From contig DAONDY010000001.1 in the NCBI GenBank assembly GCA_035402805.1, forward strand, positions 253,672 to 317,671: a DNA stretch of 64,000 nucleotides, read 5' to 3'. The notes under the pieces were generated by a model. The model saw only the letters and a list, made by a program, of their open reading frames with translations, did not search any database and was not told the DNA's origin. Positions within the stretch are counted from its first letter, which is position 1, and the number at the start of each line of letters is the position of its first letter. Shown here in pieces: positions 39,785-47,983 of the stretch. Source of the stretch: Candidatus Woesebacteria bacterium (GTDB lineage Bacteria; Patescibacteriota; Microgenomatia; UBA12405). The translations under genes were made by a program, and so were the position numbers.

Positions 39785-40320
39785 ATTTATTAAAACAGGA
39801 GATCCAATATTATATTGGCTTACCTTATAGTAAAAACATCCTTAAGAACGGAAAAATAATTAAAGAACAATTTCTTGGGGGTAAAGGTAATTATCGTCAA
39901 ATTGCAACCGAAACCATTAGACTTGCTCAACAACAAAAAATAGATTTACTTAAACTAAGTAACCAAGAGTTCTATAATTTTCAAAAGAAAAATCATCTTG
40001 GAATAGATTGTTCTGGACTTGCCTGTCAGTTATTAAACTTTTATTTTCAAGCTGATTTAAATCCGCGAAAAACTTCAGCCGACATGTTAACATCTGCTCC
40101 AATTTCCCAAAAAATAACCGATTTGGATAAAATCCAAACAGGTGATTTAGTTCGCCAAAACAACGGCCATCATGTTTTATTTGTCATCGAAAAACAAAAC
40201 AACACCATTTACTACGTTGACAGTTCACTTAAAGGCAGGGGAGTAAAATATGGTAAGTTTGATATTACCGATAAAAATTTTATTCACCAAGGTTTTTATC
40301 GATTACTTTTCCTCGATTAA
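39766..40320 (+). CDS. NlpC/P60 (C40) family cysteine peptidase-like protein
   Basis: HLGIDCSGLACQLL (catalytic Cys motif) and TGDLV....GHHVLFVI (His motif). Start chosen at ATG 39766, overlapping the mraY end by 19 nt. Confidence 0.45.
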   Translation: MAGNKLDLLKQEIQYYIGLPYSKNILKNGKIIKEQFLGGKGNYRQIATETIRLAQQQKIDLLKLSNQEFYNFQKKNHLGIDCSGLACQLLNFYFQADLNPRKTSADMLTSAPISQKITDLDKIQTGDLVRQNNGHHVLFVIEKQNNTIYYVDSSLKGRGVKYGKFDITDKNFIHQGFYRLLFLD

Positions 40321-40461
40321 TTCTCGATATTTTAACGGGTTTATAGACAAAATCTCAACTTCAGTTCCACATTCAGGACACTCGATAATATCTCCCACCA
40401 TAGTATTTTCTGTTATTTCAATTTCGGTTTGACAATCTGGACAAATAACTTTTTCGTTCAT
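40303..40461 (-). CDS. LysW-like zinc-ribbon small protein (52 aa, 2x CxxC)
   Basis: Translation MNEKVICPDCQTEIEITENTMVGDIIECPECGTEVEILSINPLKYRELIEEK follows the LysW/ArgW carrier pattern CPxC..E.......GE.IEC.ECG.E.E.....P. It lacks the canonical C-terminal EDWGE tail. Missed by the 60-aa ORF cutoff. Confidence 0.45.
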   Translation of the reverse strand: MNEKVICPDCQTEIEITENTMVGDIIECPECGTEVEILSINPLKYRELIEEK

Positions 40462-40501
40462 GTTTTATTAAATTAATAACTAGTATAATTAAACTAATTA
40501 T

Positions 40502-41257
40502 ATGGCAAACACTCCTTTAATCAAATTAGAAGATGTTTATTTCAAAAGAGAAGATCTAAATGAAACTGGATCAGCTAAGGATCGGGCTATTATTTTTCAA
40601 ATAGAAAATCTCAAAAAACAAGGATTTAATAGTGCTGTAATTTCTAGCACTGGCAATGCTGCCATTTCTGCTTGCCATTTTTGTTTTTTGAACAAAATTA
40701 ACCTAACCGTTTTTTTATCACCCAAAGTAAACAAAAATAAATTAAATTTAATCAAAAACTGCCAAATAGTTTTCTCTAATAAAGCCATTAGCGATGCTAT
40801 TAAATTTGCTAAAAAAAATAACGCTTATCTTTTACGTCAATCAACTGACCCCAGTGCTTTAATTGGTTATCAAGAAATTGGCAAAGAATTAACCAAAGCT
40901 ACCAGCATTTTTGTTCCAGTTGGCAGTGGCACCACTCTTTTAGGAATCTCCCAAGCGGTTAATCCTTCAGTTAAAATGTTTGCCATTAAACCAGAAAACA
41001 CCTTATTAACTGATGCTCTCACTGTCAAATACCAACCCCTAAAAAACAGAGTAGCTTCTACTGTCAAAAATTCTGAAGGGTCAGAACTAATTATTCAAAA
41101 TAAAGAAATCTTGGAAGCTCAAAAAATACTAGAATCAAATAATATAAAGACCTCTCCCGAGGGAGCGTTGGCTTTTGCTGGATTTAAAAAAGCTAAAAAT
41201 CAAAAATTAGATATCGGTAGTTATCCAGTTGTAATCTTCACCGGATGTCAAAGATAA
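40502..41257 (+). CDS. short PLP-dependent enzyme of fold-type II (threonine-synthase/TrpB-like)
   Basis: TPLIKL...FKREDLNETGSAKDR (PLP-Lys motif), ISSTGNAAISA, PVGSGTTLLGI. Only 251 aa, lacking much of a ThrC C-terminal region. Confidence 0.55.
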   Translation: MANTPLIKLEDVYFKREDLNETGSAKDRAIIFQIENLKKQGFNSAVISSTGNAAISACHFCFLNKINLTVFLSPKVNKNKLNLIKNCQIVFSNKAISDAIKFAKKNNAYLLRQSTDPSALIGYQEIGKELTKATSIFVPVGSGTTLLGISQAVNPSVKMFAIKPENTLLTDALTVKYQPLKNRVASTVKNSEGSELIIQNKEILEAQKILESNNIKTSPEGALAFAGFKKAKNQKLDIGSYPVVIFTGCQR

Positions 41258-42360
41258 ATTTAGAAACTATCATTAATGATTCTCACTATTCCTTTTATTT
41301 TTTAGTGGTCGATAAGTTTCTAGACATAAATCTACCTCAAATCAAAAATTTTCACAAAATTTATCTTTCGGATTATTCTTCAATTAAAGTAAAAAATAGC
41401 GGAAAGCTTCTTAGTAATCAGAAAGTAATCGATTACATAAAATCGACATCAGGTTCTCTAATTCCCGCTATTATCCCTTTTAAGCCATCTGCTAAAATTG
41501 ATTTTTTATGTAAAAAATATAATTGGATAAATGTCAGTAATCCAGCCCCAATTAACCGATTTTTAGAAGATAAAATCAAGTTTGCCAAACTTTGTCAAAA
41601 ATATAAATTACCAATGATTCCTTTTGTCATTGGTAATTTTAATCAAAAAAACTTTTTAAAATATCAAAAATTATATGGCCCAAAATTGGTCTTACAAACT
41701 CATTTTGGTTGGGCTGGAAACAGCACTTTTTCTGCTTCGTCTTGGAACGAGATTAAAGATAAAATTTCTCCAGAAGTTATTACTAAATATAGCCCTTTTA
41801 TAAATTCTTCTTATTCTTTATTAAATAATTGTTGCCTTACTAAATTTGGTCTAATCCAAAGTCCTCCAGCTCTTCAATATACCGGAGTTAAACCATTTAC
41901 TCAAAACCCATTTACAACTGTTGGTCGACAATGGCCATCTTTTGCCCCATTAAAAATAATTAAAAAAATTAACACCATAACCAAAGATTTTTCCAAAATT
42001 TTAGAAGAAATCGGCTATAAAGGTTTTTTTGGACTTGATTTTTTAATCGATCAAGATAAAGTATTTTTATTAGAATGCAACCCTCGATTAACTGCCTCTT
42101 TTGATTTCTATACTAGACTCGAGTTAGGTCAAAAGATAACCCCTCTTTTTTATTTCCATCTGGCCGAATTTTTAAAACTTGATTATCAAATTGACATTAA
42201 ATTAGAACAAAAACGATTTGACAATAAAAAAATTATTGGCTCTGAATTGACTCCAAAAAATAAAAATAATAATTCTTGTCAGAAGCTAAATTTTTTTTAT
42301 CCTTTATCTAAAACCACTAATCCAATTTCTATCCCAAAAGATTTAAATGAAAAAAACTAA
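41245..42360 (+). CDS. ATP-grasp carboxylate-amine ligase (CPSase-type ATP-grasp), at the syntenic ddl position
   Basis: EDKIKFAKLCQKYKLPMIPF pre-ATP-grasp motif and GFFGLDFLIDQDKVFLLECNPRLTAS core. The E.NPR.S signature differs from Ddl's E.NT.PG.T. Confidence 0.55.
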   Translation: MSKINLETIINDSHYSFYFLVVDKFLDINLPQIKNFHKIYLSDYSSIKVKNSGKLLSNQKVIDYIKSTSGSLIPAIIPFKPSAKIDFLCKKYNWINVSNPAPINRFLEDKIKFAKLCQKYKLPMIPFVIGNFNQKNFLKYQKLYGPKLVLQTHFGWAGNSTFSASSWNEIKDKISPEVITKYSPFINSSYSLLNNCCLTKFGLIQSPPALQYTGVKPFTQNPFTTVGRQWPSFAPLKIIKKINTITKDFSKILEEIGYKGFFGLDFLIDQDKVFLLECNPRLTASFDFYTRLELGQKITPLFYFHLAEFLKLDYQIDIKLEQKRFDNKKIIGSELTPKNKNNNSCQKLNFFYPLSKTTNPISIPKDLNEKN

Positions 42361-43525
42361 ATCTCCTTTATTATTTTTAGTTTTTAGTCTAATTTTTATT
42401 GGCCTTATTTTTATTTCCATCTCTTCATTAAGTGAAGCCAATTCTACTATTGGTGACAAATTTTTCTTTATTAAAAAACAAGCCTTTTGGCTTATTTTAG
42501 GTATAATTTGTTTTTTTATAACTTCAAAAATTAAAATTGAAACAATCAAAAAATTTTCTTTTCTTTTTTATGCAGCCTCTATTTTATGTTTAGTTTTAGT
42601 TTTGATTCCTGGTTTTGGCAACGAAGCTCTTGGAGCCAAACGCTGGCTAAATTTAGGGTTTACTAGTATTCAACCATCAGAAATACTAAAACTTAGTTCA
42701 ATTATTTATTTTGCTTATCTATTTTCTAAAGAAGAAAAACGTCATATAAAAAACCTGATTTTTTATTTAGGAATTCCTTTTATTCTTATCATCATTGAAC
42801 CTAACTTGAGCACTGCTATTTTAATCTCTGCCATTGTTGGTTCTATTTATTATCTTTCTGGTGGCGATGTTATGCCTTTATTCGGAATTATCAGTCTTAT
42901 TTTAATTTTAAGTGTGCCATTAATCTTTTTTTCACCCTATAGATCGGCTAGATTAAAAACATTTTTAGAACCTCAACAAAATCAAGAAACATCTTCCTAT
43001 CATAGCAACCAAATAATACTAACTCTTTCTTCTGGGGGTCTCTTGGGAAAGGGTTTTGCTAATTCAGATCAAAAATATAAATTTCTACCTAAAATATCAA
43101 CCGATTCAATTTTGGCAGTTATTGGCGAAGAGGTTGGTTTTGTTGGTATTTTTGTAGTTTTATTAATTTATCTTTCTTTAATAAATTACCTGTTAAAATT
43201 TTCCAAAACTATAGATGACCAATTTCAAAGCCTTTTGGTTTCCGGCACTGCCTGTTGGATCGCCTACCAAAGTTTGATAAATATTTCTGCTATCGCTGCT
43301 CTTATACCCCTAACAGGAGTTCCTCTTCCTTTTATTTCCTATGGTGGATCATCACTATTAACCCTTTTTGTCGCCATTGGTTTAGTCAGAAATGTCGAAA
43401 AAAACCAAAAAATGCTGTTATACTCAAAGAGTGACCACAGTCAAACAAAAAAAAACGATCATTATCACCGGGACCCATCTCACCCCAGCCTTAGAACTCA
43501 TTCGACAACTAAAATCAGATCCTGA
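42347..43525 (+). CDS. ftsW: SEDS-family peptidoglycan glycosyltransferase (FtsW-like)
   Basis: 10 TM helices, periplasmic loop motifs SDSILAVIGEEVGFVG and PLPFISYGGSS. The 3' end overlaps the murG ORF. Confidence 0.8.
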   Translation: MKKTKSPLLFLVFSLIFIGLIFISISSLSEANSTIGDKFFFIKKQAFWLILGIICFFITSKIKIETIKKFSFLFYAASILCLVLVLIPGFGNEALGAKRWLNLGFTSIQPSEILKLSSIIYFAYLFSKEEKRHIKNLIFYLGIPFILIIIEPNLSTAILISAIVGSIYYLSGGDVMPLFGIISLILILSVPLIFFSPYRSARLKTFLEPQQNQETSSYHSNQIILTLSSGGLLGKGFANSDQKYKFLPKISTDSILAVIGEEVGFVGIFVVLLIYLSLINYLLKFSKTIDDQFQSLLVSGTACWIAYQSLINISAIAALIPLTGVPLPFISYGGSSLLTLFVAIGLVRNVEKNQKMLLYSKSDHSQTKKNDHYHRDPSHPSLRTHSTTKIRS

Positions 43526-44531
43526 AATTGATTGGCAAATAAATTATATCGGCCGAAAAAACAATTCTAGTGTTGACAATACTCCATCTATAGAATCCAA
43601 TATAATCCCTAAAATGGGAATAAATTTCTATTCAATTAATTGCGGAAAATTAGACCGCCGATGGATTCCAAATACCATTAGAGGTCTTCCCCAAACATTT
43701 AAATCCGTTTTTCAATCCTTTAAATTAATCAAAAAAATTAAACCAGACGTTATTATTTCTTTTGGTGGCTATGTTTCCGTTCCCATTATTATCGGTGGAT
43801 TTTTTAAAAAAATTCCTTCAATCACCCACGAACAAACCCTTACTAATAGTTTAACTACCAAAATTAATAGCCTTTTTGTCAATATAGTTGCCCTTTCTTT
43901 TAATAATCAAAAACAAAAAAATAGCCTCCCTAAACATAAAATAGTTGTTACTGGAAATCTTTTACGACAGGAACTTTTTAATCCTAAAAAATCAAAAATA
44001 GGGGATCAGATTGCTAAAATAAAAACAAAAATTATTTTTATTACCGCTGGTAACCAAGGTTCTCATGTTATTAATCTAATAATTGAACAATTATTACCTG
44101 AATTAAAAAATTATTTTATAATCCACCAAACTGGGAAAAACGATTTTGATAAATTTAATAAATTATCTAAAAAATATCCTAATTATCGAGTTTTCGACTA
44201 TATCGAAGCCAATGATATTGGTCATATTTTTAATAAATCAGAACTCATTATCAGTCGCTCCGGTGCTAACACCAGTCAAGAAATAGTCGCTTTAAACAAA
44301 AAATCAATTTTAATTCCCTTAAAAATCAGTCAACAAAATGAACAATTTTTAAACGCCACCTGGGTTAAAGAAAAAATCCCCGAATTTACCGAAATAATAG
44401 AAGAGAAAAATCTAAATAATATTAGCCTTTTAGGAGTTATAAAAAAGTTAATTTCTCTTAAAGTCAAAAATAATATTACCAAAGAAACTAACAATCCAAA
44501 ACTTTTAAGATTGATTCATGAAATTATTTAA
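43392..44531 (+). CDS. murG: UDP-GlcNAc:lipid I N-acetylglucosaminyltransferase (MurG-like, GT28)
   Basis: Two-domain GT-B, FITAGNQGSHVIN donor motif. The N-terminal G-loop is divergent (TGTHLTPA instead of GGTGGH). The true start may be downstream (GTG ~43431), which would reduce the overlap with ftsW. Confidence 0.7.
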   Translation: MSKKTKKCCYTQRVTTVKQKKTIIITGTHLTPALELIRQLKSDPEIDWQINYIGRKNNSSVDNTPSIESNIIPKMGINFYSINCGKLDRRWIPNTIRGLPQTFKSVFQSFKLIKKIKPDVIISFGGYVSVPIIIGGFFKKIPSITHEQTLTNSLTTKINSLFVNIVALSFNNQKQKNSLPKHKIVVTGNLLRQELFNPKKSKIGDQIAKIKTKIIFITAGNQGSHVINLIIEQLLPELKNYFIIHQTGKNDFDKFNKLSKKYPNYRVFDYIEANDIGHIFNKSELIISRSGANTSQEIVALNKKSILIPLKISQQNEQFLNATWVKEKIPEFTEIIEEKNLNNISLLGVIKKLISLKVKNNITKETNNPKLLRLIHEII

Positions 44532-44898
44532 AATTTCTTTATTCATTATTTTTTTTTCCCTATTATCTTTTTCTACCTATTCATTGGTTAATTTTTCTAA
44601 TAATAAAATTAACCCCGCTTCCAGTAAAAATAATTTTTATCTCCAAATAGAACATGCCTTAAAAACTAGCCAACTTGTAACCACTAAAAACACCATTAGG
44701 GATTATCAAAATCAGTTTGAATTCTATATAATTAATGAAAGTAATCCAATTAAAGTTAATTTATCAACTCAAAAAAATCCTTATTGGCAAATTACTTCTT
44801 TACAAGAAATTTTAAAAACAGCTAAAATTAATAATAAACAACTTCAATTAGTTGATCTAAGTATTAATCATCCTTATGCAACATTCAAAAATAATTAA
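44518..44898 (+). CDS. small FtsQ/DivIB-position membrane protein (minimal FtsQ-like?)
   Basis: 126 aa with an N-terminal TM helix, located between murG and ftsA where ftsQ normally lies. No clear POTRA signature. Confidence 0.3.
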   Translation: MKLFKISLFIIFFSLLSFSTYSLVNFSNNKINPASSKNNFYLQIEHALKTSQLVTTKNTIRDYQNQFEFYIINESNPIKVNLSTQKNPYWQITSLQEILKTAKINNKQLQLVDLSINHPYATFKNN

Positions 44899-46123
44899 TG
44901 TAATCGATATCGGTACCTCAAAAATTACTACTCTTGTTGGTCAATATTTTGAAGATGAAGATAAATTTAACATTGTTGCTGTTTCTTCGATTCCATCCTT
45001 AGGTTTTAGAAAAGGACAAATAATCAACCTAGAGCAGGCCTCGCATACTATCACTCAAAGCATAGAATCTGCTGAAAGAATGGCTGGTTTTCAAATAAAT
45101 AGTGCTCATATTTCTATTTCTGCTCCTCATATTGAATCAATTAATTCCCACGGTGTTGTTGCTATTAGTAATCCCAATGGTGAAATTGATCTTAATGACA
45201 TAAACCGTGTTACCGAAGCTGCTAAAGCTATTTCTTTACCAACCGGTAAAGAAATAATTCACATTATTCAAAGAAAATTTACTGTTGACGGTCAAGAAGG
45301 GGTCATTGATCCGGTCGGAATGAACGGTATCAGGCTTGAGGTTGAAGCCCATTTAGTTTTGGCATCAAGCCCGGCCTTAAAAAATCTCAAGAAATGTCTT
45401 GAAGATATCGGTATTAAGATAGAGTCTTTGACTTACGCTGGACTAAGCACTGCTACTGCGGCTTTAACTGATACTGAAAAAGAACTCGGTGTTGCTTTGG
45501 TTGATATTGGTGGCAGTATTACCAACATTACTATTTTTTCAGAAGGTTCACCTGTATTTTCCTCTGTAATTCCAGTTGGAGCTAATAATGTCACCAATGA
45601 CATCGCTATCGGTCTTCGATTTTCCATTGAAGATGCCGAAAAAATAAAATTAAAATTAACTAAATTAGCTGAAACTAAAAAATTTGAAGATGAAGTTGAA
45701 CTCTCTCATTTTGATATTCATTCCGATGATAAGAAAAAAATCTCCCTTCAAATGGCAATTAACGGTATTATTAAACCTCGATTAGAGGAAATTTTTAGTT
45801 TAATTTATTCCCAAATTGAGACCAGCGGTTTCAGTCAAACAATTCCTGCTGGTATCGTTTTAACTGGCGGGGGAGCCATGACTGTTAACGCCAAAGAAAT
45901 TTGCAATAAAATAATTCCTCTGCCATTAAGAATTGCCGATCCTCCCAAAGTCGGAGGTGTAGTTGATGATATTATTAATCCGGCTTATACTAGCACCATT
46001 GGTCTCTTAATCCATAATAAAAACACTAAAAAGAATAGTGGGTCAAATATTAAGGCTCCTAAAGTTTCTATGGGTGGATTTATTGGCAAGTTAAAAAAGA
46101 TTCTAGAACCACTTTTACCCTAA
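44876..46123 (+). CDS. ftsA: cell division protein FtsA
   Basis: Actin-fold motifs (IDIGTSKI, DIGGSITNITIF, LTGGGAM), directly upstream of ftsZ. Confidence 0.9.
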   Translation: MQHSKIINVIDIGTSKITTLVGQYFEDEDKFNIVAVSSIPSLGFRKGQIINLEQASHTITQSIESAERMAGFQINSAHISISAPHIESINSHGVVAISNPNGEIDLNDINRVTEAAKAISLPTGKEIIHIIQRKFTVDGQEGVIDPVGMNGIRLEVEAHLVLASSPALKNLKKCLEDIGIKIESLTYAGLSTATAALTDTEKELGVALVDIGGSITNITIFSEGSPVFSSVIPVGANNVTNDIAIGLRFSIEDAEKIKLKLTKLAETKKFEDEVELSHFDIHSDDKKKISLQMAINGIIKPRLEEIFSLIYSQIETSGFSQTIPAGIVLTGGGAMTVNAKEICNKIIPLPLRIADPPKVGGVVDDIINPAYTSTIGLLIHNKNTKKNSGSNIKAPKVSMGGFIGKLKKILEPLLP

Positions 46124-46126
46124 AAT

Positions 46127-47302
46127 ATGGGATTAATCAAAACTCTTACTGGACAATTTGCCAAAATAAAAGTCATCGGAGTTGGTGGCGGTGGTAATAA
46201 TGCCATTAATTCAATGATCTCCGAAGATTCCATCAAGGGCGTCGATTTTATTTCTGTTAATACCGATTCTCAAGCTTTGTTAAATTCTTTGGCCTCAGTC
46301 AAAATTCAAATCGGTGAAAAATTAACTAAAGGTTTAGGAGCAGGTGGTAATCCTCAAATTGGCCAAAAGGCAGCAGAAGAATCCAAAGAAAGAATTAAAG
46401 AAGTGTTGGAAGGCACGGATATGGTTTTTATTACTGGTGGCATGGGAGGAGGCACTTGTACTGGTGCCGCTCCGCTTATTGCCCAAATCGCCAAAAAAGA
46501 GTTGGGGATTTTAACTATTGGTGTCGTCACTAAACCATTTTTATTTGAGGGCACTCGCCGCATGACTAATGCTGAAGAAGGAATTTCTCAACTAAGAGAA
46601 AATGTCGATACCTTAATTGTCATTCCTAATCAAAAAGTTATGGAAGTTGTCAACACTAAAGCCACCCTGCTTGAAGCTTTTAAAATTGCCGATTCTGTTT
46701 TAAGTAAGGGAACTAAAGCTATTGCTGATTTAATCACTGTCCCTGGTCTTATAAATCTTGATTTTGCTGATATTAAAACCGTCATGAGTAATGCTGGTTC
46801 TGCTCTTATGGGAGTAGGGGAATCCGAAGGTGAAAATAAAATTCAAAAAGCCGTTGAAGACGCCATTAATTCACCTCTTATTGAAGTCAATATTGAAGGT
46901 GCTAGGGGAGTTCTCATAAACGTTACTGGCGGACCAGATATTACTATGGCTGAAATTGAAGAAGCAGCTAAAGCTATAACCGAAAGAACCGCCCCCGACG
47001 CTAATATTATTTTTGGCGCTACTATCGATAATGATTTAAAAGGTAAAGTTAAAATAACTGTCATTGCTACTGGTTTTGATCCTAGTCGAGCTAATCTTTA
47101 TCAACATATTAAAAAACCTCAGCCAACTTTAATTAACCTGTCTAAAATAGAAGAAAATAAAAAACCCGAAAATAATCTTTCAAATCCAGCCGAACTTAAC
47201 GATAATCAGATAAAAGAATTTTTAGACAATAAAGAAGTTCCCGCTGGAATTGATATTGTCGACGAGTACGATATTCCCGCCTTTTTAAGAAAAAATAAAT
47301 AA
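46127..47302 (+). CDS. ftsZ: cell division GTPase FtsZ
   Basis: GVGGGGNNAIN, tubulin signature GGMGGGTCTGAAP, C-terminal DIPAFLRK tail. Confidence 0.95.
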   Translation: MGLIKTLTGQFAKIKVIGVGGGGNNAINSMISEDSIKGVDFISVNTDSQALLNSLASVKIQIGEKLTKGLGAGGNPQIGQKAAEESKERIKEVLEGTDMVFITGGMGGGTCTGAAPLIAQIAKKELGILTIGVVTKPFLFEGTRRMTNAEEGISQLRENVDTLIVIPNQKVMEVVNTKATLLEAFKIADSVLSKGTKAIADLITVPGLINLDFADIKTVMSNAGSALMGVGESEGENKIQKAVEDAINSPLIEVNIEGARGVLINVTGGPDITMAEIEEAAKAITERTAPDANIIFGATIDNDLKGKVKITVIATGFDPSRANLYQHIKKPQPTLINLSKIEENKKPENNLSNPAELNDNQIKEFLDNKEVPAGIDIVDEYDIPAFLRKNK

Positions 47303-47327
47303 AAAAAACGGCCAAAAACTAAAAACA

Positions 47328-47340
47328 AATAACACCTTTC
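47328..47340. repeat. 13-bp direct repeat AATAACACCTTTC (copy 1)
   Basis: Exact copy of the sequence at 47808-47820. Lies in the loop of the long hairpin/terminator between ftsZ and the minus-strand ORF. Confidence 0.6.
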
Positions 47341-47373
47341 GGTATCAAAGTTTCAGCTTTCAGCCGTTTAATA

Positions 47374-47805
47374 TTACGGATGTCCGACGAAGTAGAAGTT
47401 CTTCACTTCTGATTGAGCTCCTACAAGATCAGATAATTTTCCATTATATTCTGATGAAAAATTAGTGAGTTTGGTTATATAACTGTAATCCCCCGGAAGA
47501 TAAATCCACAAGGAACCCTGAGAAAAGCATCTCTTCGATTCAAAGAAGACAACTACGCCTTCTGTTACGGGCGCATTTTCTTCCCCCATATCGCTTTCCC
47601 CATCAACAACCAGATGTGACGAGTAATCAACCACCATAATTGTTCCTTTCGGAACAATTGCGTTTACATTTTCCATCTTCTGCCAGCCTGGCTGAAGACT
47701 CAAATGATTCTCAAAGCCAGTCACTGAAAACACGATTATAAACGCTACCGCCAGTACTACTAGTACTGTAAAAATAACTTCTCTCTTTTTGTCCATGAAT
47801 AACAC
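47374..47805 (-). CDS. hypothetical membrane-anchored protein encoded in a GC-richer islet
   Basis: 143 aa with an N-terminal TM helix. Local GC is about 40% vs about 30% in flanks. Strong SD GAAAGGTG 7 nt upstream. A long-loop hairpin + U8 terminator lies downstream. Confidence 0.4.
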   Translation of the reverse strand: MLFMDKKREVIFTVLVVLAVAFIIVFSVTGFENHLSLQPGWQKMENVNAIVPKGTIMVVDYSSHLVVDGESDMGEENAPVTEGVVVFFESKRCFSQGSLWIYLPGDYSYITKLTNFSSEYNGKLSDLVGAQSEVKNFYFVGHP

Positions 47806-47807
47806 CT

Positions 47808-47820
47808 TTCCTTCTCATCC
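47808..47820. repeat. 13-bp direct repeat AATAACACCTTTC (copy 2; contains the SD of the minus ORF)
   Basis: Exact repeat of 47328-47340. The two copies bracket the GC-rich segment. Confidence 0.6.
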
Positions 47821-47962
47821 GTTTTTAATGTACATCTTTTATATATAAACTCGAAGCTTAATTCGAGAATAAAAAAGATTTTACTAGTTTAAACAATTTT
47901 CATTGTCAAACTAACCTATAATATCACAATTTATATTATAAGTCAATATCTTAAGCCCAAAA

Positions 47963-47983
47963 CATAGTGTAAAATACACTATG
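47963..47983 (+). promoter_or_regulatory. perfect 9-bp inverted repeat CATAGTGTA-aaa-TACACTATG spanning the ileS start codon
   Basis: Seen directly in the sequence. The ATG of ileS is the last 3 nt of the right arm. Confidence 0.5.

Noticed and set aside
40250-40432. 60-aa + strand ORF in the NlpC/P60-PLP intergenic region
   Set aside because: The opposite strand encodes a far more convincing LysW-like CxxC...CxxC ribbon with a proper ATG and stop.
42343-42549. 68-aa minus ORF at the ATP-grasp/ftsW junction
   Set aside because: Antisense to the ftsW N-terminus and ATP-grasp C-terminus. No support.
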